In this document: piece after piece, positions 37,050 to 46,475 of the stretch
How positions within the stretch are numbered: position 1 is the stretch's first letter
Layout of the letters: each line of letters starts with the position of its first letter
Source of the DNA: a virus
Taxonomy: Duplodnaviria > Caudoviricetes
Strand: one strand, 5' to 3'
Length of the DNA stretch: 64,000 nt
Virus record (IMG/VR): IMGVR_UViG_3300010429_001883
Coordinates: 32,001 to 96,000 of that record
Program-made: the position numbers and the translations under genes
Notes under the pieces: model-generated
What the model was told of the DNA's origin: nothing
The model's input: the letters and a program-made list of their open reading frames with translations, nothing else
The model's database searches: none

Positions 37050-38022
37050 TATTGAGTTGAAACAAAAAGCTTTTGATGTTCAGATAAAGAAACTACAAAA
37101 GCAATTTGGTTCAGATTTTCTAATTTCACTAGAGGATATTCCACCAATACCTGTAATTAAGACAAGACTTTTAAGTCTTAATCTTGCCTTTGGTGTTGGA
37201 GGCTTACCTCTTGGTAGGGTAATTGAAATAGTAGGAGACGAGGGTTCTGGTAAAACCACGCTCTCTCTTACATTGTTTGCAGATGTTCTGAATGCTGGCC
37301 ACAAAGCAGTATACGTAGATATAGAGCGTAAAGTAACTGCTGAGTATGCTACTAAGCTTGGCGTGCCGCTCTCTGCACAGATTATAAGGCCAGCTAGTGC
37401 TGACGCAGCCGCCATAGCCATTGATGGTCTTGCTGGCACTGGGGCAGTTTCTGTTATTTTTGTTGACTCTGTTGCTCAAATGGTAACAGAATCAGAATTA
37501 GAGAAAGAAGTAAATGACTCTAACGTAGGTAACATCCCTAGATTGCTCTCCCAGGCGTTTAGGAGGCTAGTACCAAAGTTATCTATGAATGAAGTTACTT
37601 TGGTTTTTATTAATCAGTATCGTCAAGAAATAGGTAAAATGTTTGGTAACCCTAATAAATCTAGCGGGGGTAGGTCCCTACAATACGCATCTTCCCTAAA
37701 GTTGGAAATGCGAGATGGACAAAGAATACTTGAAGATAAAGCAGAAATAGGGAAAGAAATTAAAATTAAAATTTCTAAGAACCAGTTGGGCGGCTCCCCC
37801 GGAAAAGAAGTTGTTTTAAAGATGCTCCATACACAAGGATTTGATATTTATGATGACTTTTGTTCTGCCGTTTTATCTAAAGGCGTAGTGAAACTAAACG
37901 GATCTTACTTTTATTTTGGTGACGAAAACGTCGCTCAAGGTAGGGCAGGATTTATTGAAGTATTGAAAGAAAACAAAGAATTATTTAATAAAATTACAGA
38001 TAAGTTCTACGAGGTACTATGA
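37039..38022 (+). CDS. recA: RecA/UvsX recombinase
   Basis: GVGGLPLGRVIEIVGDEGSGKTTL, VDSVA, FINQ.R..IG.MFGNP..SGGRSL. Confidence 0.95.
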   Translation: MVNDIELKQKAFDVQIKKLQKQFGSDFLISLEDIPPIPVIKTRLLSLNLAFGVGGLPLGRVIEIVGDEGSGKTTLSLTLFADVLNAGHKAVYVDIERKVTAEYATKLGVPLSAQIIRPASADAAAIAIDGLAGTGAVSVIFVDSVAQMVTESELEKEVNDSNVGNIPRLLSQAFRRLVPKLSMNEVTLVFINQYRQEIGKMFGNPNKSSGGRSLQYASSLKLEMRDGQRILEDKAEIGKEIKIKISKNQLGGSPGKEVVLKMLHTQGFDIYDDFCSAVLSKGVVKLNGSYFYFGDENVAQGRAGFIEVLKENKELFNKITDKFYEVL

Positions 38023-38567
38023 TTGAGAAAGCAATAGCTGTATTGGCAGTATGTATATTAATTGGTGTAGCTGTTTTAATTTACTTAGTTATTAAACGTG
38101 AATTAAATAAGAAGGTATATGATTTAGCGCTTTATGAGCAAAAACTTGCTGCTATTTTGAATGCCACTAATGATAAGGTAGCTGTTATGAGCCAAACGTT
38201 GGATAAAACATCTTCTACCTTGGACGATGTTCCTTCTAAGGTGTTTAATATGATTAAAGGATCTAATCATACCTTACGTGGGGAATTGGGGGAATTTATT
38301 CAATATACTAGGTTGAAAGCTGACTATGATACTATCATTCCTTTAGGAGACGTGGTTGATTACCTATGTATTAAGTTCCCGCGGCCTGAAGCGGGCATAG
38401 ATGGTAGTATCGATTTCGTCGAAGTTAAGACTAACAAGGCCCGACTGACCACGTCTCAAAAAGCAGTTAGAGCCTTAGTTGCAGATAAGAAAGTTGGTTG
38501 GAAAAATGTTAAGATACAGATGTCAGGTCAGGAGTGTCAGCAAGATGAAAATGACTCTATTGGATAA
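38019..38567 (+). CDS. Membrane-anchored PD-(D/E)XK Holliday-junction-resolvase-like nuclease
   Basis: N-terminal TM; GELGE..VDY..FVEVKT..L...QK. Confidence 0.7.
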   Translation: MIEKAIAVLAVCILIGVAVLIYLVIKRELNKKVYDLALYEQKLAAILNATNDKVAVMSQTLDKTSSTLDDVPSKVFNMIKGSNHTLRGELGEFIQYTRLKADYDTIIPLGDVVDYLCIKFPRPEAGIDGSIDFVEVKTNKARLTTSQKAVRALVADKKVGWKNVKIQMSGQECQQDENDSIG

Positions 38568-39045
38568 ATTCCCAGTAACAACCGAAGATTTTGCTAGGAT
38601 GTATTTTACAGCCGTAAAATCTGATTTCCCTCTGTTTGTTCTCCACGTATATAGCGGGCTTAGTGGATCAGAGGACATTTCAAGAGATACCATTGATGGT
38701 TTATTAGATGCATCTAAACAACTAAGTAAATATATGAAATTTTTATTAAGATTTCCGGAACGCAATTTTAGAGAGATAGACCTAGATATTTTGAAGAGAA
38801 CAGCACAAGATTTGCCCCAATTTGATTCAAAACAGTATCTAGAAAATTCTCTAACGTTTGTAGAAGGACTGTCTGAGTGTGTTGTTTCTACTCTTGTTAA
38901 ATGCAATACGGCTAGAGGAAATATAGATTCTTTTATAATGTCTCCTGTTATTGATTATATGCGTAATTGCGGTGTTGATTATTTTTTGGAGGATCTAATT
39001 GCCAGTGTCGACGATTCCGGAGCCGAACACTCCGCAGCAAATTAA
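38545..39045 (+). CDS. Hypothetical protein
   Basis: CAGGAG upstream; in frame with ORF 38479-39045. Confidence 0.55.
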   Translation: MKMTLLDKFPVTTEDFARMYFTAVKSDFPLFVLHVYSGLSGSEDISRDTIDGLLDASKQLSKYMKFLLRFPERNFREIDLDILKRTAQDLPQFDSKQYLENSLTFVEGLSECVVSTLVKCNTARGNIDSFIMSPVIDYMRNCGVDYFLEDLIASVDDSGAEHSAAN

Positions 39046-39580
39046 AATTACTGTTATTTGGGTTGTTGAGGAAATTGACCAGCCTGCTGTTTCTAGGATG
39101 GCAGCTGCTTGGTGGAAATATCTTCCACAAGACGTAAGATTTGTCATTATTTTAAAAACTCAAGACCCGTATATAAATAATTTTATAGGGACACATCTGT
39201 ATAGAGGTATCCCGCGATGTATAGTTGTAAATGTGCCAGAAAGTACCACTATCAAACAATGTTTTAGGATTGGTGAAAACCTGGCACACAAAAACAGTAA
39301 CATTTATATAACGTTTTTCAACGAAGTGATTTTGGACAAAGAGGCGCTAATTAAGGCCATACAAGTTTTGGCTAAAGATGAAAAGAATGAGATTTGTGTG
39401 TTCAAAGAAGCCATTGGACCAAGCGGAGTACCAGAACAGGTGCCATTTGAAATGAATAATTTTTATATAAGTAAGTGGGGATTAAGTACTATTCAGCCCG
39501 GACAGCACATCTATGTTGCTTTAGCTGAGCCAAAGCATATTACTGTCGGGAGCAAAAGAACTGATCAACTGACTGTCTAA
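38999..39580 (+). CDS. Degenerate GT2-fold protein
   Basis: ITVIWVV..RFVII..G.NLA..IYITFFNEVILDKEAL follows GT-A topology but lacks DxD. Confidence 0.4.
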   Translation: MPVSTIPEPNTPQQIKITVIWVVEEIDQPAVSRMAAAWWKYLPQDVRFVIILKTQDPYINNFIGTHLYRGIPRCIVVNVPESTTIKQCFRIGENLAHKNSNIYITFFNEVILDKEALIKAIQVLAKDEKNEICVFKEAIGPSGVPEQVPFEMNNFYISKWGLSTIQPGQHIYVALAEPKHITVGSKRTDQLTV

Positions 39581-39629
39581 AAGTAAGTTGTAAGTTAAAT
39601 ATTTATACTATTATGCTAAGGAGGGAAAA

Positions 39630-39911
39630 ATGAAAACTATTTGGAGATTTTTGGTTGGTATCTTTAGATTTATCAAGCCTGTATTTGAAGATCCTGAATT
39701 TGCAGAGTTTTTCGAGTATGTACAGGAAACTGTAATTTCTGCTATTTTAGGTGCCAAAGATATGGACCTTGATAATGATGGAAAGAGAGAACACGTCTTG
39801 CATGAGATTGGTTCTTTTTGTCTAAAGGCCGCTTGGGAATACAGAGAGTCGTTCGCTAGATTGGCTCTAGAGTTGGTTTACAACTCGCTGAAAAAGAAAG
39901 GTGAGGTTTGA
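39630..39911 (+). CDS. Small protein, possibly holin-like
   Basis: AAGGAGG RBS, amphipathic N-terminus, DGKREHV; own promoter motif and terminator. Confidence 0.45.
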   Translation: MKTIWRFLVGIFRFIKPVFEDPEFAEFFEYVQETVISAILGAKDMDLDNDGKREHVLHEIGSFCLKAAWEYRESFARLALELVYNSLKKKGEV

Positions 39912-39972
39912 AGCGGCCTTAATAGGTGCCTAGGTTCCTCACCTAGGTTTTCTATATAGCTTCTTCCTACCG

Positions 39973-39999
39973 AGGGCTGGGCAACCAGCCCTTATTTTT
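39973..39999 (+). terminator. Rho-independent terminator
   Basis: AGGGCTGG-GCAA-CCAGCCCT followed by TATTTTT. Confidence 0.75.
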
Positions 40000-40003
40000 C
40001 TTG

Positions 40004-40032
40004 TTGACTTTTTCCGTTAAATGATGTAATAT
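40004..40032 (+). promoter_or_regulatory. Sigma70-type promoter
   Basis: TTGACT-17 nt-TAATAT. Confidence 0.6.
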
Positions 40033-40066
40033 AAATTCACTGATAGTCCATCAGGAGGTTTAAAAA

Positions 40067-40546
40067 ATGGATAAAAATGTTATTAATTTTCCGGGTCAGG
40101 GCGGCATTTCCGCGAAACCAGATGTTTCTGTTATGCTTGATGGTTTGATGTTTAGGTTTGATCAGCTTGCTGCTGCGCTAGAGACAATTAGTAGAAACGT
40201 TAATGAGCTTGCGCTAGATCAAAGAATTATGTACCAGACTCTTGTTGATAATGGAATTATTACAGACGATCAACTAAAGGATGTTGCCGAACTTGAACTA
40301 GAAATGATGAATAAGGTAAACGAGCTTCTGAAAGAAGCAGATACCCCAAAAGATATTCTAACTAAGGCAAACGAGGTTGGCGTTCCGCTCACGCGTCTTC
40401 CACTACACAAAATCATTTTGCATAACAAAGATCTAACCTATAACGAGAAGTTAGATATTTGTAAGGAATTTAGTTTGGAAAGCGTAGAGAAAGTACTTAT
40501 TGATCACAAAGAATATTTTTTAGCTAATACGGAAGTAAGCATCTAA
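40067..40546 (+). CDS. Hypothetical protein
   Basis: AGGAGG RBS. Confidence 0.7.
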   Translation: MDKNVINFPGQGGISAKPDVSVMLDGLMFRFDQLAAALETISRNVNELALDQRIMYQTLVDNGIITDDQLKDVAELELEMMNKVNELLKEADTPKDILTKANEVGVPLTRLPLHKIILHNKDLTYNEKLDICKEFSLESVEKVLIDHKEYFLANTEVSI

Positions 40547-40552
40547 TTAACA

Positions 40553-41632
40553 ATGAAGCTTTTCTGCTATAATACCGATACGTCGGGTTGCTATTGGTAT
40601 CGTCTTTTTACGCCATTTACTAAACTAAAGGAAATAGCGAAGGACGATACCTTTAGCTTTGAGTTTAAACTTAAACACATTAGTGATTTAGAACAATATG
40701 ATATTGTTGTATTACAACGAGCAACAGATGCTTTGGGCATAGAAATTTTGGAAAAGTGCAAAGAACTTCACATTCCAGTAATTTATGAAGTTGATGATTC
40801 GTTGTTTAATATTGTCCAATCCAATCCTGCAGCCAAGTATTATGGCAGAGCAGACGTTAATTATTGTGCTAACTATTTATTGGAACATTGTGATTATTTA
40901 ACAACAAGTACTCAGAATTTGGCAAGATATTATTGTGCGTATTTTAATGAAAATAACATATATGTTTTGCCAAATTCTGTTTCACTTTCTAAGCCATTTA
41001 GTGATATTAAAATAAAAAATGATGAAAAGTTTAAGCCGGCGTTTCGCCTACTAATAGCTGGCAGTTCCTCTCATAAAGAAGATTGGGAATTTTTAGCAGC
41101 ATCATTTAGAGATCTTGTTTATGGAAGCCGCGGACAAATAGATGTTACCATATTTGGGTATGTCCCACCGGCATTTGAGGGAATACCCAATACCCGCGTT
41201 GTAAAACCAGTTCCTGTTACTAACTACTTTGACGTGTTATATGCGCTGAAATGTGATCTTATGTTAACTCCACTAGCAGATATTGATTTTAATACATATA
41301 AAAGCAATTTAAAGTTCGTAGAGGCCGGCGCGTTAAGCATGCCCCTAGTTGCTTCTAATGTTATTGCATATAATCAAGATGTAGTAGACGGAGTAAACGG
41401 CTGGTTACTCCCAAACAAGCCATATCACTGGACTAAATTACTTATGAAGTTGCTTAGAGATAAGAGCATAGTAAAAGAGGCCGGGAAGAAAGCAAGACAG
41501 GTTGTTGAACAAAAATACAACCTAGATAATACAGTAATGGATTGGTTTAATTGTTACAATAAAATTATGGAAGATTTTGATCAACCACAGAAGGCAGTTG
41601 TTCTAAAGGAGGAGGCAAATGATTCGGTTTGA
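40553..41632 (+). CDS. GT4-like (GT-B) glycosyltransferase
   Basis: GCYWYRL..P, YEVDD, V.PNS, PL....FN..KSNLKFVEAGAL..P.VAS, DGVNG. Confidence 0.85.
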   Translation: MKLFCYNTDTSGCYWYRLFTPFTKLKEIAKDDTFSFEFKLKHISDLEQYDIVVLQRATDALGIEILEKCKELHIPVIYEVDDSLFNIVQSNPAAKYYGRADVNYCANYLLEHCDYLTTSTQNLARYYCAYFNENNIYVLPNSVSLSKPFSDIKIKNDEKFKPAFRLLIAGSSSHKEDWEFLAASFRDLVYGSRGQIDVTIFGYVPPAFEGIPNTRVVKPVPVTNYFDVLYALKCDLMLTPLADIDFNTYKSNLKFVEAGALSMPLVASNVIAYNQDVVDGVNGWLLPNKPYHWTKLLMKLLRDKSIVKEAGKKARQVVEQKYNLDNTVMDWFNCYNKIMEDFDQPQKAVVLKEEANDSV

Positions 41633-44600
41633 AGATGTAAAAGATATTTCAATTGATGAATATTTTAAAGGGAATGCCTTTTCTGTAAACACGTTTAGGG
41701 ATAAATATGCGTACAAGAAACAAGATGGAGTTAAAGAAACTGTCGCTGAAGTCTTCTGGCGTGTTTGCACTAAAATAGCTGAGATGGAAGAAACAGAGGA
41801 GTTAAAGGAGTACTGGAGTAGAAGATGGTTTGATGAAATTTGGAACGATTGGTGGCGTCCTGGTGGGAGCATAATCGCTGGAACTGTTGATACTAAAAAG
41901 GTTAGCACAAGCAACTGTTTTAGCGCTGATACTGAGTTTATAACATCTACCGGAACCCGTGCGTTTTCAGAATACAGTGATGGTGACCATGTGGATGTTC
42001 TTACTTCAGACGGTGGGTTTAGGTCCGCTACTGTTAGATGTTTTGGTAAAGACAAGCTTTACAAAGTGAACTTGTCTAGGAATGGACACCATAAATATGT
42101 ATATGCAACAGGAAATCACAATTGGAGGGTTTCAGGCAAGGACCCTGTTATTCAACTTGTTGATACGTTATCTTTACTCCCAGGAGACAAACTGCCTTAT
42201 ATTAAGAGAAAGTGGATGCCTTCAGCTAATGGGTCTAGGTATTTCTGTCCGCTGGGTTTAATTCATGGTTTGGTTTTTGGTGACGGATATTATAATAAGA
42301 ATACAGATGTTTGTAATTTAGATCTTTGTGGTGATTCTGTTGGTTTGGTTGATCTATTCCAAGGCTTTGGATGGCACATTGGTAAGAGCAGTAATACTGA
42401 CAGGATACGTATCTACGGTTTGCCAAATTACATGAAAAGATTCCCGGATGTTGCTGTTAATGAAGAGTATTTGTTGGGATTTTTGATTGGTTGGTTTACT
42501 GCGGATGGTACGGTATCTAATCTTGGGATAGCGGAGATATCATCAGCAAGGCTAGAAAATATTTTTAAATTTAAACACTTAGGAGAGCGTGTTGGCATCT
42601 ATACATCAACACCCAGGCTCTTAAGGGATGAATCACCATTTACTGGAGATAAAACTCAGAAACTGTACTCAGCCTATATTATTAAAGATTGCCTATTTGA
42701 TTCGTTTTTTGTTAAAGAGTCGCACCGTTTAAAGTATAATACATATAAAACTAATGCCAAAAACATATCTAAACATCGATCTAATTGGAAAGTTGAATCA
42801 GTAGAAGAGACTTCTAGGTTTGAGGACGTGTGGTGTGTAGATGTTCCGGAAGTTCATGAATTTGTTTTATCTGATGGCGTTGGGACACACAACTGTACCA
42901 CGACTTCTGTCAATGGCGATAACTTAGAGGAGATATTTCAGACAGGGTTTAGATTGGCAAAAAACTGTGCATATAGGCAGGGCATTGGCATTGACCTTAG
43001 CCCTATCCGCCCAAGAGGAACCAAGATTAATAACTCCGCAGAAGTATCTATAGGTGCCGTACACTGGGGTAAGTTCTATGATAATATTGCTAATTATGTT
43101 GGTCAGGCCGGCAGAATACCAGCTATTTTATTGAGCCTAAAAGTTGATCACCCAGATATTGAAGAGTTTATTAAATCTAAATCAGATCTACACTCAGTTC
43201 AAAATGCTAACATATCGGTGCAAATAACCGATGCCTTTATGGAAGCTGTAGAAAAAGACAAAGATTGGTTACTAAGTTATGAAGTAAAAGATACTGGGGA
43301 GAAACTAGAAAAGACTGTTAAGGCAAGAGATTTAATGCATCTCATTGCTGAAAGGGCTTGCAACTTTGGTGAACCTGGCATTCAGTTGATAGATACAATA
43401 CAAAGAGATGTTAATACATCTTATGTAAAGGACCCAACAACTGGCAAGAATTTTGTTCCTATCTCTAGCAATGCTTGTTCTCTGGCAGGTGACACCGAAA
43501 TGCTTGGTACGTGGGGAGGGCAGACAGGATATAGAACAATTAAAGAACTTGCTGAAACCAATAACGCGATGCATGAGCTATATAATCCGGCAACAGGTTC
43601 ATTTCATTTGTGCCGCGTATATAAGTCTGGCGTGGCAGATAATCTTGTGGAGCTAACTATACAAGAGGTCGATGGGGATAGGAACTCTAAGATTAAATGT
43701 ACTGATAATCATGTATTTCTTTGTGATGACGGCGAACAAGTCCAGGCTCGAGACTTGTGCGGTCGTTTACTCCGTAGTTTTAGCTTAGTCGGGCAATTAC
43801 TTAATAGTTATAGTGGCACGGGGGGCGTCAAAGTAATTAATGTTGATTCTTTATCTGCCTCTGAGGATGTTTATGATTTTACCATGCCAGAGGAGGTTGC
43901 GCCTTGGCCGTGGGGCGTTGCTAATGGAGTATGGACACACAACTCTGAAAAACTAATGTATCCAGATTCTACTTGTGTGCTTGCTAGCATTAATGTTGGC
44001 AGGTTTTCAACTGCAAAGAGTAACAAAAATTTATATCAAGAGATATGTACTATTGGTGAAAGTATAACAAGATTTTTGGATAATGTAGTTACCTATGAGT
44101 TAAGACTTAATAAATCACCGATACCAGAACAAAAGTATGTAGTTGAGATGTTGCGGGAAATTGGCGTTGGTATCACTAATCTTCATGGCTGGCTTTTGAA
44201 TATGGGGCTATGTTATGATTCAGATGAAGCTAAGGAAGTTACTGAAAAATTTGTAAATAAGCTAGCATATGTTTGTTACAAAACTTCTATTGATTTGGGA
44301 AAGGAGAAGGGTAACTTCGGGGCGTTTAACGGAAAAGATTATAGAAAATCGCCGTATATAAAAAGATTAATGGGTGCTTTTCCTGACTTGAAGTTTAAGA
44401 CTATGCGAAATTCTATGGTTTTGTCTATTGCTCCGACAGGATCTTTATCTTTAACATTTGCTAAAACTCCAATATCTACTGGAATTGAACCTGCGCCCGG
44501 TTTCTATTATTGGAAAAGATCACGTACTTCGGGTTATTGGAGATGGTATTTTGTTGTTCCCACAGCTGTTCAGGAATATTTGAAAGATAAATATGGCTTA

Positions 44601-45500
44601 AGCTTTGAGTGGGAAACTATAGAAGATCCAGACGGTAAAATTGGACTTGCAACAATAGATTTGATTGAATCAAGGTTGGGTGATTTTAAAAATTTGTTTA
44701 AACCGGCGCATTTAATTGATCCACTAAAAAAGGTAGATTTAATGGCTGCTGTTGCTAAGTGGATTGATAGTTCTATTTCCACAACTTACAATATGCCTGA
44801 GACTGCAACTCCAGAGTTGGTTGAAGAAATTTATAAAAAAGCCTGGAAACTTGGTATTAAGTCTGTTGCTGTATATCGAGATAAATCTAGGCAGGGTGTA
44901 ATTGAATTTGATCCGCCGCCGATTGTTGAGAAAAGATTTGCTAGTAAACAAAAGCAAGAAAGGCCGGCCACAATTGAAAGACATTTTGCACCAAAAAGAC
45001 CAGCTGAATTGCCTTGTGATATATACAACGTAACTGTTAGTGGAACTAAGTGGGTGGTTATTGTTGGTCTTTTAGGCAAAGAGCCGTTTGAGGTTTTTGC
45101 TGGCAAGAGTGAAGATATAACTATTCCAAATAAATTTAAGAGTGGTATAATTAGGCGACGTGGTAAGGGAACATACGATTTAGTTATACCACTGGATGAC
45201 GATGAATTAGTATTTAGAGACATAGTTAATCTATTTAAGAACGATACATATACAGATACAACACGACTAATTAGTTTGTGTTTGCGAAGCGGTGCCCACA
45301 TGCAGTTTGTAACAGAACAGTTGTCTAAAGCCAGTAATTCTATAACTGATTTTTCTGCTGCCGTTGCTAGAGTATTAAAGAAGTACTCTGAGGAAATTGT
45401 TGGGCGTGAATTTAAATGTCCCAATTGTGGTGGAACTGAAGTAGACAATTCTTCTGGTTGTAATGTTTGTAAATCTTGTGGCTGGAGCCGATGTGAATAA
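41619..45500 (+). CDS. nrdJ: Class II (adenosylcobalamin-dependent) ribonucleotide reductase with two inteins
   Basis: SNC, GIGIDLS..RP.G, NACSE after splicing, IAPTGS, GIEP, SISTTYN, YRD.SR, C-terminal CPNCG..C..CGW; no nrdB nearby. Confidence 0.9.
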   Translation: MIRFEDVKDISIDEYFKGNAFSVNTFRDKYAYKKQDGVKETVAEVFWRVCTKIAEMEETEELKEYWSRRWFDEIWNDWWRPGGSIIAGTVDTKKVSTSNCFSADTEFITSTGTRAFSEYSDGDHVDVLTSDGGFRSATVRCFGKDKLYKVNLSRNGHHKYVYATGNHNWRVSGKDPVIQLVDTLSLLPGDKLPYIKRKWMPSANGSRYFCPLGLIHGLVFGDGYYNKNTDVCNLDLCGDSVGLVDLFQGFGWHIGKSSNTDRIRIYGLPNYMKRFPDVAVNEEYLLGFLIGWFTADGTVSNLGIAEISSARLENIFKFKHLGERVGIYTSTPRLLRDESPFTGDKTQKLYSAYIIKDCLFDSFFVKESHRLKYNTYKTNAKNISKHRSNWKVESVEETSRFEDVWCVDVPEVHEFVLSDGVGTHNCTTTSVNGDNLEEIFQTGFRLAKNCAYRQGIGIDLSPIRPRGTKINNSAEVSIGAVHWGKFYDNIANYVGQAGRIPAILLSLKVDHPDIEEFIKSKSDLHSVQNANISVQITDAFMEAVEKDKDWLLSYEVKDTGEKLEKTVKARDLMHLIAERACNFGEPGIQLIDTIQRDVNTSYVKDPTTGKNFVPISSNACSLAGDTEMLGTWGGQTGYRTIKELAETNNAMHELYNPATGSFHLCRVYKSGVADNLVELTIQEVDGDRNSKIKCTDNHVFLCDDGEQVQARDLCGRLLRSFSLVGQLLNSYSGTGGVKVINVDSLSASEDVYDFTMPEEVAPWPWGVANGVWTHNSEKLMYPDSTCVLASINVGRFSTAKSNKNLYQEICTIGESITRFLDNVVTYELRLNKSPIPEQKYVVEMLREIGVGITNLHGWLLNMGLCYDSDEAKEVTEKFVNKLAYVCYKTSIDLGKEKGNFGAFNGKDYRKSPYIKRLMGAFPDLKFKTMRNSMVLSIAPTGSLSLTFAKTPISTGIEPAPGFYYWKRSRTSGYWRWYFVVPTAVQEYLKDKYGLSFEWETIEDPDGKIGLATIDLIESRLGDFKNLFKPAHLIDPLKKVDLMAAVAKWIDSSISTTYNMPETATPELVEEIYKKAWKLGIKSVAVYRDKSRQGVIEFDPPPIVEKRFASKQKQERPATIERHFAPKRPAELPCDIYNVTVSGTKWVVIVGLLGKEPFEVFAGKSEDITIPNKFKSGIIRRRGKGTYDLVIPLDDDELVFRDIVNLFKNDTYTDTTRLISLCLRSGAHMQFVTEQLSKASNSITDFSAAVARVLKKYSEEIVGREFKCPNCGGTEVDNSSGCNVCKSCGWSRCE
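41916..42893 (+). mobile_element. Intein with LAGLIDADG homing endonuclease (326 aa)
   Basis: CFSADT...ATGNH...GLVFGDG...GWFTADG...THN|C. Confidence 0.9.
43479..43943 (+). mobile_element. Mini-intein (155 aa), Ser1 type
   Basis: SLAGDT...CTDNH...VYDF...GVWTHN|S; no endonuclease domain. Confidence 0.85.
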
Positions 45501-46475
45501 ATGTTAGTACCGGCCGATAACTTAGTTTTTAGTTATGACCAACAATCAGAATACAGAAATGTTGGTGAACACGCATTACTTTATACTTTGAAGTTAGTTA
45601 ATGGACCAACTGTAACGATTTGTAAGGGAAGCGGCCTTTGTGTTCCAGAAGGCGGAAAACTAGTTGTTAAAGACATAGTTGATATAGATTTAAATAAAAT
45701 TAAACATATTGCTGTAGACCACAGTGTACCACACAGCGGTAAAATAACAAGTAGAAGCAAGTTAGTTGGTTACCTTGTAGCCTGTGGTGAGTTGACGGCT
45801 GCTGGCGCTACTTTTACAATACCCAAAGAATACTACAATGAAGTTAATAGGAATCTAATTAATATCTTTAAGCACCTTGCTGTGACTGTTGAATATAGGC
45901 GAGCGAAGGAAAACGGTTCTTATAAAATACTAATTGATCCGTCAATTATTGATACGCTTATTTCTTTAAAGAAAGAAATTCTATGTTTAGCTAGTAATGA
46001 ATTTCCTGGACTTCTTAAAGGGATTATGGAAGTTGTTCCTAAGAAAGTTGATAAGAAAAAGAAGAGGCTAGAAATTTATCCTACTAGAGAAGAAACATTC
46101 AAATACTTGCCGGCATTGTTGCTTGGAATGGGTGTTTATCCTTTTGTGTATAGTGATAAGATTGTGATTTCTCACGCCGATTCTCAAGAAAATCTGGAAG
46201 TTCTTGGTAACATTACATTTGATAAGTACGGAGAATCCGAGTATCTATGGCCTATTCCTGTGCTAGTTGGGGATGAGGAGATTTATTTAAAGAAATCTGA
46301 ATTTATGCGGTTATTGTCAAAGCACGCCCCCAACAAACTTAATTTATTTAATAATTATTTCTTTTATAAGATATCCGATATTTCGTTCAGCGGGTATACA
46401 AATAACACATTAGAAGTAACAAATGAGAAAGTAATGTCAGATGGAATTACACTCTATAACATATCAAAAAGCTAA
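45501..46475 (+). CDS. Free-standing decayed intein-like (Hint + LAGLIDADG) protein
   Basis: LVPADNLV, LYTLKLVNG, LVGYLVACG, LLKGIME, LLGMGV, C-terminal KISDI..LEV..MSDGITLYN. Confidence 0.55.
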   Translation: MLVPADNLVFSYDQQSEYRNVGEHALLYTLKLVNGPTVTICKGSGLCVPEGGKLVVKDIVDIDLNKIKHIAVDHSVPHSGKITSRSKLVGYLVACGELTAAGATFTIPKEYYNEVNRNLINIFKHLAVTVEYRRAKENGSYKILIDPSIIDTLISLKKEILCLASNEFPGLLKGIMEVVPKKVDKKKKRLEIYPTREETFKYLPALLLGMGVYPFVYSDKIVISHADSQENLEVLGNITFDKYGESEYLWPIPVLVGDEEIYLKKSEFMRLLSKHAPNKLNLFNNYFFYKISDISFSGYTNNTLEVTNEKVMSDGITLYNISKS

